Source of the DNA: Candidatus Uhrbacteria bacterium RIFCSPLOWO2_01_FULL_47_17 | GTDB taxonomy: Bacteria > Patescibacteriota > Patescibacteriia > UBA9934 > GWF2-40-263 | Direction of reading: 5' to 3' | Length of the DNA: 64,000 nucleotides | Assembly: GCA_001791305.1 (NCBI GenBank) | Contig: MGEI01000005.1 | Location: forward strand, 146,698 to 210,697 | Shown: piece after piece, positions 57,064 through 64,000 of the stretch | How the letters are laid out: every line of letters starts with the position of its first letter | Numbering within the stretch: the first letter of the stretch is position 1 | Translations under genes and position numbers: made by a program | Notes under the pieces: model-generated | Told to the model about the DNA's origin: nothing | The model's database searches: none | What the model saw: only the letters and a program-made list of their open reading frames with translations

Positions 57064-58308
57064 TTAACAATTCTCTCCGGCCGAAAATCCCGTTGTCCAA
57101 CAAAGTTGAAGGGAGAATCCTCCGGATGGACGGCGAATATGTAAAAGATCGCCTGTCACATACAGGTTATCATATTTCTTTGTTCGCATGGTCTTCGCGT
57201 CTACCTCTGTCACAGGAAGTCCGCCGTCCGATACGATCGCCATGTCGTTTCCCATCAGTCCCTCGACCGTAATCGAGAGCGACTTCATGGTTTGCACAAG
57301 CATCTTGCGATCTTCTTTTTTCAAACTGTGCACTTTCACCATCGGATCGATCGATTTCACTTGCGACAAAATCGCGTCGGACATGCCATCTGGAGCAAAT
57401 GCCTTAAACACATTTTTGAGCGATTTATTTTTGTTCGCATCGAAGAATTCGACAAGCTTCGTGTCGAGCGCGCCGTGATCTGTGTCTGGAAACGCGTCGA
57501 CGAGCGCGGTCACTTCCCCTTCGTGAAGTGCATCCGCAATTTTCGAAGCGGCGTTGAGGATCGTAGGTCCAGACAAACCAAAGTGTGTGAAGAGAATTCG
57601 TCCCTTGAGAACAAACGAGCGCATACCGTCGACAAAGAAGGTGACGCGCGCGGGATCAAGCGAAATTCCCGACAATTTTTTCACCCATTTCTCGCTCACC
57701 GCAATCGGCACAAGAGTGGGAGTTGGATTTTGCACCTCGAAGCCGAGATCTTTCAGCCATTTAAATCCATCGCCCGTTGATCCGGTTTCTGGATGTGAGA
57801 CTCCGCCGGTTGCGAGAATAAACGAATCGGCGACATACTCCGTTTTTCCGACGAACACTTTTTCGATATGGCCGTCTTTACCGACGATCTTCGTGACAGC
57901 TGAACTCGTTTGCACCACAACATGACCGTCCGCGAGATATTTTTCGAGAACCAAAAAGACATCAAACGCTTTTTGTGTTTTTGGAAACGCACGCTTGTGT
58001 GCCTCGACGACGAGCGGCAATCCACGAGACGGAAAAAACTCGAAGGTTTGTTTCACACCAAAAATCGAGAACGGCGAGTAGAGAAATTTCTCCGCCGCGC
58101 CGTAATGCGGAAGGAGAACGTGCGGATCTTCCTCGGCATTGGTGATGTTGCAACGCCCGCCACCCGAGATTTTTAACTTCTCGCCAAGCGCTTTGTTTTT
58201 TTCCAACAACAAAACCTTTTTTCCCCGAGAAGCCGCGCGACCGGCAGCCATCATGCCAGACGCTCCGCCGCCGATGACGATCACGTCGTATGTTTGTTTT
58301 GTTGACAT
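57064..58308 (-). CDS. HI0933/BaiN-family flavoprotein
   Basis: IGGGASG, KISGGGRCN, ATGG.S.P.TGSTGDG, LFTHFGLSGP, GGFSLQ. Confidence 0.9.
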   Translation of the reverse strand: MSTKQTYDVIVIGGGASGMMAAGRAASRGKKVLLLEKNKALGEKLKISGGGRCNITNAEEDPHVLLPHYGAAEKFLYSPFSIFGVKQTFEFFPSRGLPLVVEAHKRAFPKTQKAFDVFLVLEKYLADGHVVVQTSSAVTKIVGKDGHIEKVFVGKTEYVADSFILATGGVSHPETGSTGDGFKWLKDLGFEVQNPTPTLVPIAVSEKWVKKLSGISLDPARVTFFVDGMRSFVLKGRILFTHFGLSGPTILNAASKIADALHEGEVTALVDAFPDTDHGALDTKLVEFFDANKNKSLKNVFKAFAPDGMSDAILSQVKSIDPMVKVHSLKKEDRKMLVQTMKSLSITVEGLMGNDMAIVSDGGLPVTEVDAKTMRTKKYDNLYVTGDLLHIRRPSGGFSLQLCWTTGFSAGENC

Positions 58309-58373
58309 AATCGAATACTCCTGCTATCATTAAATTATCACCAATGGAAAGTAAGCCCTCTAAGGTTCCGTCC

Positions 58374-58880
58374 TTATGGGGCTCTTTCTTTTTTATAGGC
58401 CAATCGATGCTCAAGTCCATTCATATATCGTAAGAATGGACGAAACAATTTCCATTTCAAAAGCGCAGAAAACTTCTGTTGATTTGGAATCAATATAGAT
58501 TTTAGCTTATCTTTCTCAATCAAATATTTTGCCAAGCAGTAAAAATCACCGTCCCCTGTAACAAGCACGGCTTTCTCATAGTTCTCATATTGGATCATTG
58601 TCTCTAAAACCAATTCAGCATCACAGTTTCCTTTCGTGGTTCCATCTTTGTAAGTGAGTGTTGGTTTAAAAACACAGATAAACCCAGCGTCCTGTAGAGA
58701 CGTATAAAGATCTCTGTTGCTCCCCATGTATCCGATGAATAAAAAGGCTTTTGTCACTCCATATTTTTCTTTCAGATAAACTCGAAATCTTTTGAAATCT
58801 AAAATCCATCCAAGATGGCGAATGCTCAAGTTTACATTCTGACTATCAACAAACGCATAATTATTTTGCTGTTCTTTCAT
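58374..58880 (-). CDS. NYN-domain (LabA/DUF88) nuclease
   Basis: AFVDSQN, KGNCDAELV, VTGDGDF. Confidence 0.88.
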   Translation of the reverse strand: MKEQQNNYAFVDSQNVNLSIRHLGWILDFKRFRVYLKEKYGVTKAFLFIGYMGSNRDLYTSLQDAGFICVFKPTLTYKDGTTKGNCDAELVLETMIQYENYEKAVLVTGDGDFYCLAKYLIEKDKLKSILIPNQQKFSALLKWKLFRPFLRYMNGLEHRLAYKKERAP

Positions 58881-58898
58881 ACAACAGTATTCTCAATC

Positions 58899-58934
58899 AA
58901 AAACCTCGAGCGCGCAAGCTCGAGGTTTTTTTAC
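58899..58934. terminator. Terminator hairpin, copy 1 of an identical 36-bp direct repeat
   Basis: aaaaacctcgagcgcgcaagctcgaggtttttttac. Confidence 0.85.
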
Positions 58935-59968
58935 TATTGAGATAAAGGCTCAGGCTCAAGTTCCAATTCTCGAACATCAACCTTATGCGCGTTCCCATCA
59001 TGTGTTTGTACGTCCACCAGCCATGCAGAGGACGCCTCTTTCAACTGAGTTGGAAAATGCCAAAATGCGGCGCCGTATTTTTCTTCTCCTTCTTGTAAAG
59101 AAGTTTTAACAATTTTGATCGGTGTTTTTGTTGGTTCAGCTACACGAAAAGGATCTTTTGTGATGACAACAACCTCATTACCGGGCCGAATGCGTGCATA
59201 TTTTTGTTTTTGCTGAACTAGCTTAAATCGAGCATTTTCACCGCTGGAGAACACAGCAAGACCATTTGCGAAATCTCCATTTAGTCTGTTCAATTCAACG
59301 ATTTCATCTCCCATCACAACAAGCCCATCTTTCGTTCCTAATTCCACGTGATCGATAACACGTTCGGAAACTGTTTGCGTATTCCAATCATACAACCAAA
59401 ATTTCATCCCTGATTTTATCGCGTATGGATTCAACAGGGCCTCGCGTTCAATTTCACGACCTTCTTTAGACAAATCTTCAAGCTTGCGTTCCAAAATCGT
59501 TGGCCACGTCGTGTTCGCCCTACCAGATCCATTTGAATCCATTTCTTGTGCAACCGACATCGCAAATAATTCCACAAGCTTTTTTGCTGCCTCTTGTGCA
59601 TGTTCTGAAAGATGTTTTTCGTCCACACGAAGTTCGAACACCATTTCGCGCATTTGCTTGACCGAAAACTGCCATTTTAAATGTTGCGCTGCGGCAAAAA
59701 ATTTCCCAAGCATTGAAAAATATATCTTTCGTTCTTCGCCTGACCACATCTCAACATCAGGAGTAAATCCGTTTTCCTCAACAAATCTTTGTACCGCATC
59801 GACGGCCCAATACTCCGAACGAATCAGTGTTTTTGCTCGTTCATTTACAACAGGAACTAACGCTTCCGTTTCAGCTACAAGCTTCTGATCTTGTTCTTTT
59901 GAAGTGTCGATTGTTTTTATTTCTCTTGATTGTGCACCACGAACGTCGGCACCTAAAAATTCAGACAT
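58934..59968 (-). CDS. Hypothetical protein flanked by direct repeats
   Basis: Long ORF; no motif recognised. Confidence 0.7.
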   Translation of the reverse strand: MSEFLGADVRGAQSREIKTIDTSKEQDQKLVAETEALVPVVNERAKTLIRSEYWAVDAVQRFVEENGFTPDVEMWSGEERKIYFSMLGKFFAAAQHLKWQFSVKQMREMVFELRVDEKHLSEHAQEAAKKLVELFAMSVAQEMDSNGSGRANTTWPTILERKLEDLSKEGREIEREALLNPYAIKSGMKFWLYDWNTQTVSERVIDHVELGTKDGLVVMGDEIVELNRLNGDFANGLAVFSSGENARFKLVQQKQKYARIRPGNEVVVITKDPFRVAEPTKTPIKIVKTSLQEGEEKYGAAFWHFPTQLKEASSAWLVDVQTHDGNAHKVDVRELELEPEPLSQ

Positions 59969-60006
59969 AAATATTAAAAAGATGTTTATTGCCACTATTC
60001 TCTACG

Positions 60007-60042
60007 AAAAACCTCGAGCGCGCAAGCTCGAGGTTTTTTTAC
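60007..60042. terminator. Terminator hairpin, copy 2 of the identical 36-bp direct repeat
   Basis: Identical to 58899..58934; includes the peptidase stop codon. Confidence 0.85.
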
Positions 60043-61040
60043 ACATGAAACTCGCCATCTCGATAGACCACTTCGTCATCAATCTGAATCTTTTCAATAT
60101 CCACGAACACATCCACATGATATCGGCCTTTCTTTCGATGAAGTCCCGGCTTTGCGTAAATTGCATGCTTCGCGCCGAGCGATAAGTGCATGCCGTGTTG
60201 TCGTTCGAAGGCAGTAATATCGTAAACGATTTTGTCTTTGCCCATCGCGCGATTGAGTCCAAGTCCAAACTCGCGCACAATCACTTCTTCGTCCTCGCGA
60301 ATGCGATCGAGAATATCTTTAAAATCTTGTGGTGCGTCCGGCGCGGTCAGAATTCCATCTTTCACGATCACCTTAAACGGCTCGACGATTTGGATGTAGT
60401 GATCCTGGTTTGCATAACCGAAAATCATCGCCTCGCCGTTCACCTTCGTTAAATCTTTTGCTTCGGTAAACACTTCCCCGATCGGAAATGTTCCGCCGAC
60501 GTTTTTCATTTCCGTGTAATCACCGATATTTAACTTCGTTGGTTCCATTCCCGTATCGTATGTAAGTGTTGTCCCTGGACAATTCACGACAATCTTCGAG
60601 CATGTGTCGAGTCGCTTTTTCAAACCGTGTCCCTTCTCGTGATAAAACGCTTTTTCATACGCGAGCGCTTCGATGTAAACCGGAAACTGTGGCTCTTGGA
60701 TGCGGGCGAGGTGAACATGTTCGACCGTTTTCAATCCGCGCGCAAAAAGTTCAATGCGAATACGAAATTCGTTGAGACGAAAATTCATCGACTGCACGAG
60801 CACGACAAGATCCCCTTCATTAAGCGAACGCATTTTTTGAATCACCTCTTCTGGCGTCACAGAATCGAAATCCAGAAACTCCCCATTCGGAAGCGCACCG
60901 CGATATCCGTCTGTAATGATGCGCGTAAGCGGCGCAACGGTATCAAAAATCACAAGCGCATGTTCGCTCGGCTGCAGCCGAATCGCGTCGTTCACGATGT
61001 CGGTGAGATGTTTGGTGGCGAGGGTGGTGAGCGAGTTCAT
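60039..61040 (-). CDS. Aminopeptidase-like protein (M29/aminopeptidase T fold)
   Basis: FPIGEVF, EFGLGLN, FER..GMHLSLG, HVDV. Confidence 0.65.
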   Translation of the reverse strand: MNSLTTLATKHLTDIVNDAIRLQPSEHALVIFDTVAPLTRIITDGYRGALPNGEFLDFDSVTPEEVIQKMRSLNEGDLVVLVQSMNFRLNEFRIRIELFARGLKTVEHVHLARIQEPQFPVYIEALAYEKAFYHEKGHGLKKRLDTCSKIVVNCPGTTLTYDTGMEPTKLNIGDYTEMKNVGGTFPIGEVFTEAKDLTKVNGEAMIFGYANQDHYIQIVEPFKVIVKDGILTAPDAPQDFKDILDRIREDEEVIVREFGLGLNRAMGKDKIVYDITAFERQHGMHLSLGAKHAIYAKPGLHRKKGRYHVDVFVDIEKIQIDDEVVYRDGEFHV

Positions 61041-61107
61041 AAACAAAAACATTTGCTCGCAAGAGCATGCCATATTCTTACGTTTTGAGCAATTCATCCT
61101 CCAAGAT

Positions 61108-62637
61108 CTAAAACGATTCCCTCTTATAATAATCCACCGGCGCAAAATTATCCGTCAAAATGGGAAGGTCGTTTTTTACTTCGCTCATCCATCTATGCGC
61201 GAGGTATCCGTTCAGCTCTGTGTTTGTACTCGTAAACTTCGGGGCTGTTTGTGATTTGAGAGCGACGAGCAAGACATTTTGAACTTGCGTGCCTTCAGCG
61301 CGATCCGTGATGGGAAATAAATAAACCTGTGGAAAGATGGATTTATACGTTGCATATTGTGCGCGCAAAAATTTTCCGCGCTTTCCATCAATGGCCGAGA
61401 TGATGTTTGCAAGCACAACCCCATCCGCATTCAACGCATTAAATTGGTGCTGCACTGCCTCTTTTGTGGTGAGCTGAAACGGAATAGAGGAAGCGGCGTT
61501 GAATGCGTCTCCATAAATCACGTCGTACTGTTTTGTGTTGCGATTCAAAAACATGCGTCCATCCTCATGATACGTTGTGAGCCGAGGGTTATCGGTCAAA
61601 CGAAAATATTTCTTTGCAAGTTCTGTCATGAGCGGATCGATTTCAACGACATCCATGGTTGCACTCGGATAATTTCGTAAAAAATCTTTTGGATAAGAAT
61701 ACGCGCATCCTCCAAGCATAAGCGCTGATTGGATGTTGGGTTTAAAGTGCGCATCCAGATGATAGAATTTTGTGTAATCAAAAACCAACTCGTCGTCCGT
61801 AAGATACATGGCGCTCTCTGTCGCAAACGGATCGGTTGTGAGATTCAATTGCTCTTTTCCGTTCTTCGGATTTTTACTCTGAGAAACACGTATGCGACTG
61901 TATTCGGAATCCACATCTATAAAGTGGAATTTTTGAAAAAGGACCGCACGAAAATAGGTGTGAGTGGTGTACGACGAGGCAATCAAACCAATCACGACGG
62001 CGGTAACGATCACACTTTTTTTGGATCGTAGAAAGAGCAAAGGTACGAGAGCGAGCACGCCGGAAAGCAGTAATAAATTTTCCGCAGTTCCTAGACGCGG
62101 AATTAAAAAGAATCCTCCAAAGAACGTGCCGAAAATGCTTCCCGCCGTAGAAATCGCGTAAAGCGTTCCGATCGTAGAGGCTGAATTTTCAAGATGTTCG
62201 AGTTTTAATCGAACCGCATACGGTGAAACGATTCCGAGGAGAAAACTCGCGGGTGCAAACAAAACGATCGCAGACAAAACCGCACTGAGTTCAATCTGTT
62301 GAATGTATGTTTTAAAGAAAAACAACACACCACTCTGAATAAAAAAAACGACGAGAATGCTGGCGGCAGCACAAAAAATAATCTTTGCGTACGTGGCGAA
62401 ACTCGTTTTTTTGTCTGCGAGTTTTCCTCCATACCAATAGCCCAAGCTCAAAAAACCTAAAATCACGCCAATCAAACTCGTCCACACATATGTAGACGTT
62501 CCAAGAAACGGCGCAAACATGCGCGAGCCAACGAGTTCAAAAATCATGAGGACAGCCCCGCACACGAATACACTCACGTTGAGCGCTGAATATTGATACG
62601 ATCCAAATCTTTTTTTCATTATGAGAGGAATATCCAT
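61108..62637 (-). CDS. Fused membrane domain/spermidine synthase-like methyltransferase
   Basis: FELVGSR..AP.LG, YAISTAGSIFG; VEIDP, EDGR, DAF, LTDNFAPV. Confidence 0.85.
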   Translation of the reverse strand: MDIPLIMKKRFGSYQYSALNVSVFVCGAVLMIFELVGSRMFAPFLGTSTYVWTSLIGVILGFLSLGYWYGGKLADKKTSFATYAKIIFCAAASILVVFFIQSGVLFFFKTYIQQIELSAVLSAIVLFAPASFLLGIVSPYAVRLKLEHLENSASTIGTLYAISTAGSIFGTFFGGFFLIPRLGTAENLLLLSGVLALVPLLFLRSKKSVIVTAVVIGLIASSYTTHTYFRAVLFQKFHFIDVDSEYSRIRVSQSKNPKNGKEQLNLTTDPFATESAMYLTDDELVFDYTKFYHLDAHFKPNIQSALMLGGCAYSYPKDFLRNYPSATMDVVEIDPLMTELAKKYFRLTDNPRLTTYHEDGRMFLNRNTKQYDVIYGDAFNAASSIPFQLTTKEAVQHQFNALNADGVVLANIISAIDGKRGKFLRAQYATYKSIFPQVYLFPITDRAEGTQVQNVLLVALKSQTAPKFTSTNTELNGYLAHRWMSEVKNDLPILTDNFAPVDYYKRESF

Positions 62638-62704
62638 ACGCGCTTCATCGTAGCACCTAAATTCTTTTTAAAAAAATACCCTCGAACATTCGAGGGTATT
62701 TTCA

Positions 62705-63148
62705 TTAGGAACCTGCAATTTCACTTCCCATAAATGATCCGTCAGATCTGTTTGTTTTATCGTTGCATTCCTTTATATCAGCCTTAAATGTTTTCCATGC
62801 GTCTCCTTTTGCTTTTTTCCATTCTTTGGCCGTGTTCTTTGTGGATGTACGAAATGCATTCCAGATTTTTTTCACCTCTTTTTGCAAGTTTTTTGCAGAC
62901 ATGTCCGTGTCATCATACAAATCAACCAAGGCTGTTTGTCGTTTTCCATAGGCATCAAGAATCGATTGTGTTTGCGTGTTGATAGCCTCGCCAAGAACTG
63001 CCTCGCGCGCTCTGACAGCGTTCTCCACACAAAGCGCAACATCCGTTTGGTCTTGGTCGGTTTCGGAAGGAGAAACAGCCGCAAAAGCAGGAACGGCAAC
63101 AATGGATATCATGAATACACCAAGAAAAAAAGATGTGATTTTGAACAT
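62705..63148 (-). CDS. Hypothetical secreted helical protein
   Basis: Signal peptide ending AFA; two Cys. Confidence 0.7.
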   Translation of the reverse strand: MFKITSFFLGVFMISIVAVPAFAAVSPSETDQDQTDVALCVENAVRAREAVLGEAINTQTQSILDAYGKRQTALVDLYDDTDMSAKNLQKEVKKIWNAFRTSTKNTAKEWKKAKGDAWKTFKADIKECNDKTNRSDGSFMGSEIAGS

Positions 63149-63164
63149 AAACGCGTTTAAAAAA

Positions 63165-63428
63165 TTATTTCTGAACCTTGTTCCAAATGGTCGCAAATGC
63201 GTAGCCCACAACATATCCAACGAGCGTTGTGAGTACAATGAGGGTAATCGCGGAAGGAAGAGCGAACGGTAAGACGGTGTGTGTCGCTTCGACCATGTGA
63301 ATTTTCATGATCCAATCAACAAGCGATTGGCCAAGTCCAAGCGCGACGACGACGGACCAAACAAGATGAATAAGGCCCAAAAGACCACCGAGCGCGAGCC
63401 CGGTTTTTTGCGTATTGAGTGCGGACAT
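63165..63428 (-). CDS. Small membrane protein
   Basis: H..WS..VA.G.GQ...DWI...H; two hydrophobic segments. Confidence 0.7.
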   Translation of the reverse strand: MSALNTQKTGLALGGLLGLIHLVWSVVVALGLGQSLVDWIMKIHMVEATHTVLPFALPSAITLIVLTTLVGYVVGYAFATIWNKVQK

Positions 63429-63537
63429 AAATAATGTGAGGTACCTTGTTGAGATACCCATAAGAATTAATTGTTTTTAGTTTAGCACGAGTTGCAAGGC
63501 AAGAAAACAAAAACATTCCATTTGATTGGAATGTTTT

Positions 63538-63627
63538 TGGCGGAGAGGGAGGGATTTGAACCCTCGATACCCTTACAGGTATACATGATTTCGAGTCATG
63601 CGCATTCGACCACTCTGCCACCTCTCC
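63538..63627 (-). tRNA. tRNA-Ser(CGA)
   Basis: Anticodon arm catga-ctcgaaa-tcatg; long variable arm; GCCA end. Confidence 0.95.
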
Positions 63628-63720
63628 ATGCGAGGGGGAGATTAACAAAAACAACCGAACGTGTCGAGATCTCTTCTCTCCTTCTTTCCTTCCCTCCTTC
63701 TTGTTATAATGCTTGCACCT

Positions 63721-64000
63721 ATGAAAATCCGAAAAGCGATTATTCCGGTTGCCGGAATGGGGACTCGTTTCCTCCCCGCTGCAAAGGCGCAGCCAAAAGA
63801 AATGCTTGCGGTGGTTGATAAGCCAGTCATTCAATATATTGTGGAAGAAGCGGTTGCAAGTGGAATTGAGGAGATCATCTTTGTCACCGCGATCGGTAAG
63901 CGCGCGATCGAGGATCACTTTGACCGCAACTTTGAACTTGAATATCGGTTGGAACAGAAAAAGAAAATGGAGGCTCTGAAAGAAATTCAAAAAATTGGGA
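63721..64000 (+). CDS. galU: UTP-glucose-1-phosphate uridylyltransferase, 3'-truncated by window edge
   Basis: Hand translation [37 protein letters not shown]...IEDHFD. Confidence 0.93.
   Translation, partial: MKIRKAIIPVAGMGTRFLPAAKAQPKEMLAVVDKPVIQYIVEEAVASGIEEIIFVTAIGKRAIEDHFDRNFELEYRLEQKKKMEALKEIQKIG

Noticed and set aside
58347-58388. Hammerhead ribozyme (ggacggaac resembles ggacgaaac)
   Set aside because: No CUGANGA core and no three-way junction.
63316-63990. 224-aa minus-strand ORF
   Set aside because: Antisense shadow of galU that also runs through tRNA-Ser.

Overview
Chromosomal window from a bacterium that looks like Patescibacteria/CPR, possibly ABY1/Uhrbacteria-like. This is inferred from gene content, the unlinked intron-bearing rRNA genes and the repeat families; the genetic code is standard (TGA is a stop). 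Contents in order: a sugar-phosphate cluster (rpiB, rpe, split transketolase, two PfkB kinases, fba, 2-hydroxyacid dehydrogenase) interrupted by an orphan DHH phosphoesterase; tRNA-Ala; a histone-H1-like microprotein; an EndoQ-like nuclease; an ABC exporter; a 23S-5S operon with its own promoter and no 16S, carrying a group I intron at L1931 with a LAGLIDADG ORF that reads through the ribozyme core; an accessory block (collagen-like lipoprotein, HTH-HATPase/STAS pair, Tat-signal protein) partly bounded by a duplicated gene 3' end; two tandem PD-(D/E)XK-like paralogs; a lamin-tail surface protein; CCA enzyme; ruvB; cell-envelope genes; an ApbE/FMN-binding/RnfD-FNR flavinylation module; mgtA; an NYN nuclease; and five tRNAs in total. 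Most notable observations: (1) both tRNA-Leu genes are preceded by related 127-128 nt rod hairpins with compensatory changes that close exactly at tRNA position -1; (2) GTAG-REP-like palindromes sit in frame at four sites in one O-antigen ligase gene; (3) a stand-alone DHH protein resembles the type III CRISPR SAM-AMP phosphodiesterase NrN; (4) two integrase-free insertions are each bounded by a duplication of the upstream gene's 3' end. Family assignments come from motif recognition by eye; no searches were run.
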